Origin: Candidatus Methylomirabilia bacterium
Lineage (GTDB): Bacteria > Methylomirabilota > Methylomirabilia > Rokubacteriales > CSP1-6
Reading direction: 5' to 3'
Length of the DNA: 56,695 bases
Assembly (NCBI GenBank): GCA_041496385.1
Contig: JBGQEL010000019.1
Location: 1 to 56,695 of the forward strand
Under the pieces are notes generated by a model, which was given only the letters and a program-made list of their open reading frames with translations, did not search any database and was not told where the DNA came from. This document shows positions 30,847 through 39,918 of the stretch, piece after piece; within the stretch, counting starts at the first letter, position 1, and each line of letters opens with the position of its first letter. The position numbers and the translations under genes were made by a program.

Positions 30847-32409
30847 TCAAAAGCCACCGCCGGACGACTTCGTCAGCGGGCCGTTGAAGAGGATGTAGAT
30901 GCCCGTGTACGCGGTCACGAGCGAGGCGAGGACCGACGCGATCTGCAGATAGTCCTGCCACCACTTCACCGCGACCTCGGGAACCGTGACCACGGCGCCC
31001 GGCTCGAGCGGCGGCGCGTCGGCCATCGCGTAGGTCCGCCCGTTGCGGAAGGTCACCGACGTGCCGGGGAGCTTCGCGCGGACGGTCGGGCCGCCCGCGA
31101 GCGTCACGTACTCGCGCGGCGTGAGGTCGGGCCGGAAGTCCTGGCCGCCCGGCGTCTTGACCTCGCCGACCACGTACACCTTGTCCTCGGCGATCGGCAG
31201 CGACAGCACGTCGCCGTTCTGGAGCAGGACGTTCTGGGTCTCGTCCTTCTCGACGAGGAGCCGTTGGAGGTCGACCGGGATTCGCTGCCGCGGTCCGGTG
31301 TGACCGGCGCGCTCGATCACCGCGAGGCGGAGGTCGGCGTAGGCCGCGACCCCGCCGGCACGGAGCACGACGTCACGGACCCGATCGCCCTGCGCCAGCT
31401 CGAAGCGCTGCACGATCGTCGCCTTGCCGGCCACGCTCGTCTTGCTCGACTCCGCCGTCCCCGCGAAGGCGCCGCGGACCTCGACCACGTCCTGGAGGAC
31501 GGAGAGCGGGGGCACGAAGATCGCGTCACCGGCCTGGAGCTTGACGTCGGCCGGCCGCTGCACCGCCGTGCGCAGATCGAGCGCCTGGGTCTCCTTGCGC
31601 CCGTCGGCGCCGACGCGCGTCAGGCGTGCCTCCGCGCCCGCCGCGGCCTGGCCCGCGCCGCCGACGAGATCGAGCAGCTCCGCGAGCGACCCGTCGGGCC
31701 CGATCTCGTACTCACCCGGGCGCCGGACGGCGCCCGCCAGTGTGACCGACGCGGCTTTGGCCGGCACGAGGACCCTCATCCCTTCCTCGACGAAGGGGTT
31801 CTGGGAGAGCTCGCCCTTCAGCTCGAACCGCAGGAGGTCCAGCTCGGTCTCCGCGCCCTTGCGGCTCACGAGGACGTGCCGCACGCTGCCGCGTGACGTG
31901 ATGCCGCCGGCCTCGAGGATCACGTCGTGGATCCGGCGCGTCGCGGTCACGACCATCGTCCCCGGCCGCTCGACCTCGCCCGACACCGTGATCTCGAAGG
32001 CGCGCGGCGCGACGACGGCGACCGTCACGTCCACGTACTTGTAGACGGCGCGGGCGCGGTCGGCGACGCGGCGGTGCGCGTCGAGCACGGTGAGCCCCGC
32101 GAGGTGGATGGAGCCGATCGGCGGCACGTTGATCGCGCCCTCGGGATCGACGACGACCTGGGAACGGATGACCTCGAGGCGTCCGGCGATCTGCACGTCC
32201 AGCACGTCCCCGGAGCCCAGCCGATACTCCGGACCGGGGATCGTCCGGCTACCCGGGGCGATAGCCCCGCTCGAGGCCGGGGCCCTTGCAGGGCCGGACG
32301 GCGCCGGCGGCGGGCCGGGAGCCGGCTGCTGAGCGAACCCTGCCCCGGGTGCGAGCAGTGACAGGACGAGAAAGACGCAGAGGGCTCTGCGAAGAATGTG
32401 CCGTGTCAT
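30847..32409 (-). CDS. wza: Wza-like polysaccharide export protein with several SLBB domains
   Basis: Signal peptide, YRLGSGD, GEVERPG/GAVRRPG/GEVKTPG repeats, C-terminal amphipathic helix. Confidence 0.87.
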   Translation of the reverse strand: MTRHILRRALCVFLVLSLLAPGAGFAQQPAPGPPPAPSGPARAPASSGAIAPGSRTIPGPEYRLGSGDVLDVQIAGRLEVIRSQVVVDPEGAINVPPIGSIHLAGLTVLDAHRRVADRARAVYKYVDVTVAVVAPRAFEITVSGEVERPGTMVVTATRRIHDVILEAGGITSRGSVRHVLVSRKGAETELDLLRFELKGELSQNPFVEEGMRVLVPAKAASVTLAGAVRRPGEYEIGPDGSLAELLDLVGGAGQAAAGAEARLTRVGADGRKETQALDLRTAVQRPADVKLQAGDAIFVPPLSVLQDVVEVRGAFAGTAESSKTSVAGKATIVQRFELAQGDRVRDVVLRAGGVAAYADLRLAVIERAGHTGPRQRIPVDLQRLLVEKDETQNVLLQNGDVLSLPIAEDKVYVVGEVKTPGGQDFRPDLTPREYVTLAGGPTVRAKLPGTSVTFRNGRTYAMADAPPLEPGAVVTVPEVAVKWWQDYLQIASVLASLVTAYTGIYILFNGPLTKSSGGGF

Positions 32410-32442
32410 TTCGGTACGCGCGAGCCTCGTCGCACTTGGGTC

Positions 32443-32529
32443 ATTGTCTCTTTTCGCGCTTCGGAGCGTCAAGGAAAATACATGATTGCAATACTTTCCT
32501 TGACACTCGCGCTCCGCGGCCGCTAACAT
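32443..32529. promoter_or_regulatory. Back-to-back divergent sigma70 promoters (EPS operon / htrA)
   Basis: Minus: TTGACG-N18-GACAAT; plus: TTGACA-N18-TAACAT; both -35 boxes lie in an inverted repeat at 32468-32504. Confidence 0.7.
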
Positions 32530-32578
32530 CCCTTCGCCGCGGGGAACCGGCAGCACCGGCGAGCCGCAGGCGACCCCG

Positions 32579-33766
32579 ATGCCCGCTAAGACTGGTCGCT
32601 TCGCCCTCGGATTCACGGCAGTTTTCGCCTTAGTTGGCGCTGGCTTTTGGCTGCACGCGATCCTCTATTCGGGCCGTCCCGCGATACCACAGACCGTCCC
32701 GGCGACCGTAGCTGGCGCCGAGGCGCTTCAATCGGCGTTCGTCAGCGTCGCCGAGCGCGTGCGTCCAGCCGTCGTGCACATCGGGACCGTCCAGGTGGCG
32801 CGGGCGCGGCGGCCGCCGGCCGTGCCGGGGCCGTTCGCGGACGATCCGGCGTTCAAGGACTTCTTCGACCAGTTCTTCGGGCGCGGCCCCGGTCGCCGCG
32901 AGGAGTTCCACCAGCCGGGTCTCGGTTCGGGCGTGATCATCGACAAGCGCGGCTACGTGCTCACCAACCTCCACGTCGTGCGTGGCGCGGACGGGGTGAC
33001 CGTCCGGCTGGCCTCGAAGGAGGAGTTCCGCGGGCGGATCGTCGGCACCGACTCGAAGACCGATCTCGCGGTGATCCGATTCGAGCCGGGCGCACCGGTC
33101 ACGGTGGCGACGCTCGGCAACTCGGATACGCTCCGCGTCGGCGAGTGGGCGATCGCGATCGGCAATCCCTTCGGCCTGGACCAGACGGTGACGGTCGGCG
33201 TCGTCAGCGCGACCGGACGCGCCGACGTCGGCATCGCGACGTACGAGAACTTCATCCAGACCGACGCGTCGATCAATCCCGGCAACTCGGGTGGGCCGCT
33301 CGTGAACCTCAAGGGAGAGGTGATCGGCATCAATACCGCGATCGTCGCGACCGGCCAGGGCATCGGGTTCGCGATCCCGGCCAACATGGTCAAGCGCGTC
33401 ACGAACCAGCTCATCGACCGCGGCCGTGTGACGCGCGGCTGGATCGGCGTCGCGATGCAGCCGCTGACGACGGAGCTCGCCCAGTCGCTCGGCCTGCGTG
33501 ACACGCACGGCGCGGTCGTCGCCCGCGTGTACCCCGGGAGCCCCGCGGCCACCGCCGGTCTCCAGCAGAACGACGTGATCGTCGCCTTCGACGGTACGAC
33601 GGTCGACGACTATCACCACCTGCAGCGGCTGTCGGCGGACGCCGAGGTCGGCAAGACGGTGCCCGTCGGCGTCGTGCGGAATCGCGAGCGCCGGACCCTT
33701 CAGCTCACGATCGCCGAGGCGCCGGACCGCCCGGCCGCCGACGGCCCACCAACGCCGCGGCGCTAG
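32579..33766 (+). CDS. htrA: HtrA/DegP-family serine protease, one PDZ
   Basis: GSGVI, LTNLHVV, DLAV, IGNPFG, TDASINPGNSGG, PDZ with GWIGV. Confidence 0.95.
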   Translation: MPAKTGRFALGFTAVFALVGAGFWLHAILYSGRPAIPQTVPATVAGAEALQSAFVSVAERVRPAVVHIGTVQVARARRPPAVPGPFADDPAFKDFFDQFFGRGPGRREEFHQPGLGSGVIIDKRGYVLTNLHVVRGADGVTVRLASKEEFRGRIVGTDSKTDLAVIRFEPGAPVTVATLGNSDTLRVGEWAIAIGNPFGLDQTVTVGVVSATGRADVGIATYENFIQTDASINPGNSGGPLVNLKGEVIGINTAIVATGQGIGFAIPANMVKRVTNQLIDRGRVTRGWIGVAMQPLTTELAQSLGLRDTHGAVVARVYPGSPAATAGLQQNDVIVAFDGTTVDDYHHLQRLSADAEVGKTVPVGVVRNRERRTLQLTIAEAPDRPAADGPPTPRR

Positions 33767-33778
33767 CGCCGCCGCGGG

Positions 33779-34606
33779 TCAGGCGACGAAGGGCGGGATC
33801 GGCGGAATTTCGAGCTGCTGCGTCTTGACCTGCTGGACGCCCGGGACGGTGCGCGCGACCTCGACCGCCCGGTCGAGCGCCGCGGTTCCCTCCAGCGTGA
33901 CCACTCCGCCGTGCGCCTCGACGGTGATCCGGTAGCGTTTCGTCTCGGGGTTGGTCGCGAGCGCGACCTGCACGCGCGAGGCGAGTGCCCGGGACGCGAC
34001 CATCTGCCGGCTCTCGGCGCTCGCCGCCAGCTCCGGCCGGCGCACGAGCCCGGCGAGCATCTCGACGACGGCGTCGTTGGGCAGCTTCTCGGTGTTGATG
34101 ACCATCTCGTAGAGGTTCGGGTCGGAGATGTCCACCTCGTAGAGGTAGCGCATCCGTCCCGCCTTCTCCGAGTCGTCGCGGCGCACGAAATCGGCGGCCG
34201 CGCGGTGGGTGGGCGCCTCCCCGGTCATCGTGGCGGTGCGCTTGATCCACTGCTTCACCCGGTGCTCGAACGGCGCGATCAGGCGAACGCGCAGCGCGTG
34301 GGGCACGCCGCGCAACAGCCACTGGCCGCCGCCGCGCATGAGAACGGCGTTGTCGAGCTCCGCGAACTCGAGCAGCGTCGTCTGGAGGACGGTGATGTGG
34401 TGGCGGGTTTCGGTGTCGAACCGCTCGAACAGCGTCGGCTTCGATTCATCGAGGTGCGACAGCCGCTCCTCGGCGAGGCCGTACCGCCGCGCGGCGTCGA
34501 GCAGGAGCTCCTGGTTCACGTAGCTGTAGCCGAGCCGCTGCGCGAGCACCATACCGATCTCCGGTCCGCCCGCGCCCATCTGGTGCGAGATCACGATGAT
34601 GGCCAT
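33779..34606 (-). CDS. Cytidylate kinase-like family protein with C-terminal BON domain
   Basis: IVISHQMGAGG, VRLIAP, YEMVINT; BON-like ITVEAHGGVVTLEG..VPGV. Confidence 0.8.
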   Translation of the reverse strand: MAIIVISHQMGAGGPEIGMVLAQRLGYSYVNQELLLDAARRYGLAEERLSHLDESKPTLFERFDTETRHHITVLQTTLLEFAELDNAVLMRGGGQWLLRGVPHALRVRLIAPFEHRVKQWIKRTATMTGEAPTHRAAADFVRRDDSEKAGRMRYLYEVDISDPNLYEMVINTEKLPNDAVVEMLAGLVRRPELAASAESRQMVASRALASRVQVALATNPETKRYRITVEAHGGVVTLEGTAALDRAVEVARTVPGVQQVKTQQLEIPPIPPFVA

Positions 34607-34609
34607 GGC

Positions 34610-34807
34610 TCACCTCCGTCGGTACTTGTCTTTGAGCGCGCTCGGCGCTATCGCGATACGTTTGCCACCGACGTCGTCCAGGATGTACACCTCGTCCGTG
34701 AGCGATCCGCTCGCGAACACCTCGAACACCTCGAGCGCGGCCTCGAGCGTCGCGTCCGGGTGCGCGGCCATCATGTCCTCCACGGCGGCGCGGGGGAGCC
34801 GATTCAT
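34610..34807 (-). CDS. Small hypothetical protein (65 aa)
   Basis: Strong RBS AGGAGG, normal codon usage, 3 bp from next gene. Confidence 0.7.
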   Translation of the reverse strand: MNRLPRAAVEDMMAAHPDATLEAALEVFEVFASGSLTDEVYILDDVGGKRIAIAPSALKDKYRRR

Positions 34808-34831
34808 CTCCGTCCTCCTGGGGCGCCAAGC

Positions 34832-35530
34832 CTATCCCACAAGGCCGCGGCCGGGCAAGGCTCGGAGGCCGCGGGGCGCGGGGACGCGGGCGAGCGGCAG
34901 CCGGTCGAAGCCCCCGGCGAACGAGTAGGCGGGCCACGGTCCGGTCGGCACGACCGCGATGGCCGCCTCCCGCGACGCCACCGGCGCGATGCGCGCGAGC
35001 AGGGCGTGGACCTCGGGACGCGGGACGAGGAACGCGACCGAGCCGGCGACGTTGTCGCCGTGTGCCGACGAACGGAAGCGCCAGCGCGCGACGCCCGCGC
35101 GCTCGACGAGACGCTCGGCGAGGTCGGCGAGCTCGGCGGCGGCGCCGCTGCACGCAGGGCACGGCCGGTCGCCCGCGTGTCCGCACTGGTGGAGTCGCAG
35201 AAGCTTCACCCGCATCTCGACGCAGCCGCGCAGCTCCGCGAGCGTCCCCCGGATGCGCGCCAGGTGCGCCTCGAGCCAGTCGGACAGCTCCGGCGCCGGC
35301 ACCAGGGTGCCGAAGCGGAACGGCAGGACGGCGGCCGCGTCGAGCGTCGAGGCGACCACGTCCTCGTGGCTCGCGAGCGCGCGCGCATTCGCCTCGGCGA
35401 GGCCGTCGCACGGGCTCGCGACCAGCGTGAGGTCGCCCACGGGGCGTGTGGCGACGGGGCCGAGCGGCGATGCGGGCGGGCGCCACGATGCCGGAAGCCG
35501 CTCGACGATCGCGAAGAGGTGCTCGTACAT
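34832..35530 (-). CDS. GvpL/GvpF-family protein (orphan)
   Basis: HEDVV, VLPFRFGT, GCVEMRVK, AFLV, TGPWPAYSF. Confidence 0.8.
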   Translation of the reverse strand: MYEHLFAIVERLPASWRPPASPLGPVATRPVGDLTLVASPCDGLAEANARALASHEDVVASTLDAAAVLPFRFGTLVPAPELSDWLEAHLARIRGTLAELRGCVEMRVKLLRLHQCGHAGDRPCPACSGAAAELADLAERLVERAGVARWRFRSSAHGDNVAGSVAFLVPRPEVHALLARIAPVASREAAIAVVPTGPWPAYSFAGGFDRLPLARVPAPRGLRALPGRGLVG

Positions 35531-35652
35531 CGCCCTGCCCTCTGGGGCCCCCGGCCGGGGCGCCGACCCGTTGGACACCGTCTCGGTGGTGGCCCAGAGC
35601 CTACGGAGCGCGCGGGCGCAGGTCAAGCGGCATGACATAATGAGATTCGACC

Positions 35653-36384
35653 GTGCGGACGCAGCGGCCCCCGACCTTGCGCCGGGCACTCGCCGGCGTC
35701 GCAGCCCTCCTGATCCTCGTCGGGAGCGCGCTCGCGGCTCCCCTCGCCCCCACGCTGCCCCCCGACCTGCCCCCGGCGGAGCGTCTCCGCCTCCAGCAGG
35801 TGACCGAGCAGGCCTCGGTGGCGACACGCGCCGACGGCGAGCCGTTCGTCACCCGGCGCGACGTCTTCGAGTATCTCCTCGACCACCCCGAGTTCGCGAC
35901 CCACGTGACGCGCACGCTCAAGCTCGCGCGCTATCGGATCTGGCGCGAGGCCGACGGCCTCTGGCTCGACGACGGCTGGGGCGCCACGGGACAATTCTCG
36001 GTCGTCTACGCGGCGAGCGGCACCCGCGTCATGTACGCGCGCGGCCGGTACAAGACGTGGCTCCTGCCGACGATCCACGGCCAGGCCGTGGTCGTCATCG
36101 AGTACGCGGCCCAGCCCGGCCCGGACCACCGGAGCCTCATCACCACGACCGTGACGGGATTCGTGAAGCTCGACAGCCGCCTGCTGGACTGGGCGGGGCG
36201 CCTCGCCAGCGCCGCGGCAACGGCGAAGGCCGAGAAGGAAGCGCGGCTCCTCGTGCGCGTGTTCGCCCGCGCGAGCCGGGCGATCGAGAGCGACCCGGCG
36301 GGCGTCTACGCGCTCCTGCGGCAGCGCCCCGACGTGCCGCCGCGCGAGCTCGAGGAGTTCCGCGGGCTACTCGAGCTCCGCTAG
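35653..36384 (+). CDS. Exported hypothetical protein (possible START/SRPBCC-like fold)
   Basis: Signal peptide; genome-like codon usage. Confidence 0.7.
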   Translation: MRTQRPPTLRRALAGVAALLILVGSALAAPLAPTLPPDLPPAERLRLQQVTEQASVATRADGEPFVTRRDVFEYLLDHPEFATHVTRTLKLARYRIWREADGLWLDDGWGATGQFSVVYAASGTRVMYARGRYKTWLLPTIHGQAVVVIEYAAQPGPDHRSLITTTVTGFVKLDSRLLDWAGRLASAAATAKAEKEARLLVRVFARASRAIESDPAGVYALLRQRPDVPPRELEEFRGLLELR

Positions 36385-38253
36385 GACCCGCGCGAGACCC
36401 TCGCGGAAGCGAGCCACGCCCGGGTTCAGGCGCACCGCCGTCTCGTACGCCGCGCGCGCCTCGCCCCAGCGACCCTCCTCGCACAGCGCGCGCCCCAGGC
36501 GCGCGTGGGCATCGGCGTGATCGGGCCGGGCCGCGACCACTGCGCGTGCCGCCTCACCGAGATCGCGGTAGCGGCCCTGCGCCTCGAGCGCGTCCCAGAG
36601 GATGACGTGCGCGCGCGCCTCGTCGAAGTTGAGCCGGATCGCCTCGCGGCACGCGCTCTCCGCCTCGGCGTGGCGCTCGAGTGCAAGGAGCGCTCCCGCG
36701 AGGCCCGTCCGGGCCATGACCGACTCGGGCTTGATGCGGGCCGCGGCCCTGTACACCTCTTCGGCCTCCGCCCAGCGCCGCTGCTCGCCGTAGAGCTCCC
36801 CGAGGTCGCATCGAGCACGCACGTAGTCGGGCTTGAGCCGGATCGCCTCCCAAAAGGCGATCTCGGCCTCCTCGTAGCCGCTTTGCCAGTACAGCGACAC
36901 GCCGAGTCCCCGATGGAGCGCGGGATGCTCTGGGCGGAGGCTGAGCGCCTCGCGGTAGGCCGCCTCCGCCTCCGCGTGCTTGCCCTGGCGCCCGAGACCG
37001 AGCGCGAAGTTGGCGCGCGCCTTGAGCGAGTCGGGGCGGAGGCGTACGGCCTCGCGCAACGCCGCCTCCGCCTCCGCGTGGCGCCCCTGCCGGCCGAGCG
37101 CCACCCCGAGCTCGTAGTGGAGCTCGGCCTCGTCGGGGCGCTGCCGGAGCGCCCGGCGAAACGCCTCGGCCGCGCCGGCGTAGTCCCCCGCCGCGCCAAG
37201 GGCGAGTCCGCGGCCCGTCAGCAGGGCGGCGTCCTCGGGCGCGAGCCGAAGGGCCTCCGCATACGTGGCGGCCTCTTCCGGCCACCGGCCCTGGCGCCGT
37301 TGCGTCACGGCGAGGCCGAGATACGAGGGCACGTGGCCGGGGCGCAGACGGATCGCGGCGCGGAACGCCGCCGCCGCCTCGTCGAAGTGGCCCTGCCGCT
37401 CGAGGACGACTCCGAGGTGGTGGTGGGAGCGGGCCTCGCGCGGCGAGAGCCGGATTGCATCGCGGAGTGCCGCCGCGGCCTCCGCGTATCGGTGGCGCTT
37501 GTTGAGGACGAGGCCGAGTCGCTGGTGGAGATTCGCGTCGTCGGGACGGAGGCGGATCCCCTCGCGATACGCGGCCATCGCTTCGCGGAGCCGGCCCTCA
37601 CGCTCGAGAGCCAGGCCGAGCCCGAGCCGCGCCCTGGCGTCCTGCGGGCGGAGCGCGAGCGTCTCGCGGAACGTCTCGGCCGCCTCGGCGTATCTCCCCT
37701 GCTCGTGGAGGGCGACGGCGAGCTCCAGGCGCGACAGCGGGTCGCGGCGCCCGGCTTCGCGGTGGATCGTCTCGGCGTCCGCCGTCCGCCGCTGACGCCG
37801 GAGCACGGTGCCGAGATTGACGCTCGCGACCGGATCGCCTGGCTTGCACCGGAGCGCGGCGCGGAGCGCCGCCTCGGCCGCGGCCCAGGCGCCCTGCCGC
37901 ATGAGCGCCAAGCCGAGGTTCACGTGCGCCTTCGTGAAATCGGGACGCAGCCGTGCGGCCTCGGTGAAGGCGGCGGCCGCCTCGGCGAAGCGTCCCTGCT
38001 CGAAGAGAGCGCCGCCGAGCTCGGCGTGTGCCGATGCGCTCGAGGGCGCGAGCGCGACGGCGCGGCGGAACGCGGCCTCGGCCTCGACGGCCCGGCGCTG
38101 CCGTCTGAGGGCGAGCCCGAGCCCCACGCACGCCGGCGCGTCGTCGGGTCGTCGGCCGAGCGCGTCGCGGAACGCCGCCTCGGCGTCGGCCCACCGCCCC
38201 TGCGCCGCCAGCGCGCGCGCCCGGTCGGAGAGCAGCCCGGCGTCCTCCGTCAT
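36367..38253 (-). CDS. All-TPR protein (~17 repeats)
   Basis: Repeated AHxxLG..GR..EA...REA.RL.P units; ATGA overlap with ridA. Confidence 0.9.
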   Translation of the reverse strand: MTEDAGLLSDRARALAAQGRWADAEAAFRDALGRRPDDAPACVGLGLALRRQRRAVEAEAAFRRAVALAPSSASAHAELGGALFEQGRFAEAAAAFTEAARLRPDFTKAHVNLGLALMRQGAWAAAEAALRAALRCKPGDPVASVNLGTVLRRQRRTADAETIHREAGRRDPLSRLELAVALHEQGRYAEAAETFRETLALRPQDARARLGLGLALEREGRLREAMAAYREGIRLRPDDANLHQRLGLVLNKRHRYAEAAAALRDAIRLSPREARSHHHLGVVLERQGHFDEAAAAFRAAIRLRPGHVPSYLGLAVTQRRQGRWPEEAATYAEALRLAPEDAALLTGRGLALGAAGDYAGAAEAFRRALRQRPDEAELHYELGVALGRQGRHAEAEAALREAVRLRPDSLKARANFALGLGRQGKHAEAEAAYREALSLRPEHPALHRGLGVSLYWQSGYEEAEIAFWEAIRLKPDYVRARCDLGELYGEQRRWAEAEEVYRAAARIKPESVMARTGLAGALLALERHAEAESACREAIRLNFDEARAHVILWDALEAQGRYRDLGEAARAVVAARPDHADAHARLGRALCEEGRWGEARAAYETAVRLNPGVARFREGLARVLAELE

Positions 38254-38651
38254 CCGGGCAGGACGGCTGTCGCCTCGATCTCGAGCAGGAGATCGTCGCG
38301 CACGAAGCGCGAGATCTCGACCAGCGTGCTCGCGGGGCGGTGCGCGCCGAAGTACTCCTTGCGCACCGTGTTGATCCGCTCGCGGTCGGCCATGTTCCGC
38401 ACGAAGACCGTCACCTTGCACACGTCGGCGAACGTCGCGCCGGCCGCGGTGAGGCACGCCTTCAAGTTTTCGTGCACCTGACGGGCCTGGGCGACGACGT
38501 CCATGCCGCCGACCGTGCGGCCCTCGGCATTCGTCGCGACGCAGCCCGAGACGAAAACGAGCCGTCCGGCACGGACGACGTGGGTGAAGTGGCTGATGGG
38601 CTCGGACATCCCGGGCACCCGGATCTCCTCGCGACGACCAAGATCGCTCAT
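38250..38651 (-). CDS. RidA/YjgF-family protein
   Basis: VFVSG, DVCKVTVF, RPASTLVEI, LLEIEA. Confidence 0.9.
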   Translation of the reverse strand: MSDLGRREEIRVPGMSEPISHFTHVVRAGRLVFVSGCVATNAEGRTVGGMDVVAQARQVHENLKACLTAAGATFADVCKVTVFVRNMADRERINTVRKEYFGAHRPASTLVEISRFVRDDLLLEIEATAVLPG

Positions 38652-38691
38652 CCCTCGCTCCGTGCGGTTCCAGTGAACGGGAGAATTGAAC

Positions 38692-38766
38692 TGGAGCCGG
38701 GGGCGGGAGTTGAACCCGCGACCTACTGATTACGAATCAGTTGCTCTGCCTCTGAGCTACCCCGGC
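38692..38766 (-). tRNA. tRNA-Thr(CGT)
   Basis: GCCGGGG acceptor stem, D-arm GCTC/GAGC, ACTGA-TTCGTAA-TCAGT anticodon arm, GGTTCAACTCC T-arm, encoded CCA. Confidence 0.97.
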
Positions 38767-38797
38767 ATTCCGTGCACTTACGGGCGAAACGTCGAAC

Positions 38798-38806
38798 ATT
38801 GTAGCA
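38798..38806 (-). promoter_or_regulatory. Extended -10 promoter for tRNA-Thr, inside the island
   Basis: TGCTACAAT ~30 bp upstream of the tRNA 5' end. Confidence 0.6.
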
Positions 38807-38970
38807 CCGTGCGTTGACGTTGCGCGACGACGATCACTACGGCAGTGTCGCTCGCGGCGCGCGCGTAGGCCGAGGGTCAAGAGGGGTCGACACGTCGAGG
38901 CAGACCGTATACCGAGTTCCAGTCACCCTTCGTCCATTCACGAAGAGGCGGATCGCGCAGCGTCGGGTCA

Positions 38971-39261
38971 TCACACCGCCGCCTTGTCGACCTGTTTGCG
39001 GAACGACGTCGCGGCGTCGGCGATGGCGGCACGGAGCGCGTCCGCCACGACGGTATGGAGCCACTGCCGAGTCTCCTCGGGCTCCCTAGCGTCCTCGATC
39101 GCATGCACGAGGTCATTCATCCCATCCGGGGCGCCGAGCTGCTCCAGGACCCAGGTCATCGCCCGCGCCTTGCTCAGCGCGATCGCCACCGGATGACACT
39201 CCAACCGCAACAGCTCGTCCTGGAGTTTCTGCTCGAGCCCGTTCGCCTCCCTCGTCGCCAT
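38971..39261 (-). CDS. Small hypothetical protein (island)
   Basis: TGATG-coupled to the upstream ORF. Confidence 0.6.
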   Translation of the reverse strand: MATREANGLEQKLQDELLRLECHPVAIALSKARAMTWVLEQLGAPDGMNDLVHAIEDAREPEETRQWLHTVVADALRAAIADAATSFRKQVDKAAV

Positions 39262-39581
39262 CACGCGGCCGCCTTCGCGGCGCGATCGTTGTGCAGCGCG
39301 ATCGCGCGTTCGAGGCACTCCTGACTCGCCCATAGCGCCATCTCGACCAGCTCATGGTCGCCGTCCTCGACGAACTCCGGCGTGTTCGCGCTGCGCTGCA
39401 CGAGACGCGCGGCGCGCAACAGTTGACTGGCGCGCGCGCGCCCATCCTCCTCGCTGCGAATGTCCTCGATGTCTAAGATGCCGCCCACCCCGTGGTGTTG
39501 CCAATCGAGAACCTGCCCGGTGCGGGACCCGGTAGCGACGACTCTCTGCGCGGCCATCACGCCACCGCCGTTGCTGGCCAT
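39261..39581 (-). CDS. Small hypothetical protein (island)
   Basis: RBS GAGGAGGAG; TGATG coupling downstream. Confidence 0.62.
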   Translation of the reverse strand: MASNGGGVMAAQRVVATGSRTGQVLDWQHHGVGGILDIEDIRSEEDGRARASQLLRAARLVQRSANTPEFVEDGDHELVEMALWASQECLERAIALHNDRAAKAAA

Positions 39582-39656
39582 CGTCTCCTCCTCAACGTTG
39601 GGGTTGATCGGCCCGGCCCCCGGCGTGTTCGCGCACGCGCGGCGGCGTTGTTTCTT

Positions 39657-39860
39657 CTACTTCACGAGCATTTCGAGCTTCACGCGCAGGGCCTTCGCTA
39701 GCTTCTCGAGGGTCGCCAGTGTCGGGTCCTGCCGTGCCGTTTCGAGCCGCGCGAGATAGGTTCTGCTGATGCCGGCCTTTGCTGCCAGTTCCTCCTGGCT
39801 CAACCCTCGATCTCGTCGCAGCTTTTTCAGTCGCATCGCCACCTTCTCAACAGGCGCCAC
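39657..39860 (-). CDS. XRE-family HTH regulator (start GTG 39860 or ATG 39837)
   Basis: LKKLRRDRGLSQEELAAKAGISRTYLARLETARQDPTLATLEKLAKAL. Confidence 0.92.
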   Translation of the reverse strand: MAPVEKVAMRLKKLRRDRGLSQEELAAKAGISRTYLARLETARQDPTLATLEKLAKALRVKLEMLVK

Positions 39861-39918
39861 TATTGTATCCTATGGTGTACAAGTCAAGAGTGATAGAAGT
39901 CGGGTGCCACGCGGAGCG

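Noticed and set aside
34832..35530. Gas vesicle gene cluster
   Set aside because: Only a single gvpL/F-like gene is present
36367..38253. TPR gene as a defence or O-GlcNAc transferase system
   Set aside because: No catalytic or effector domain; repeats only
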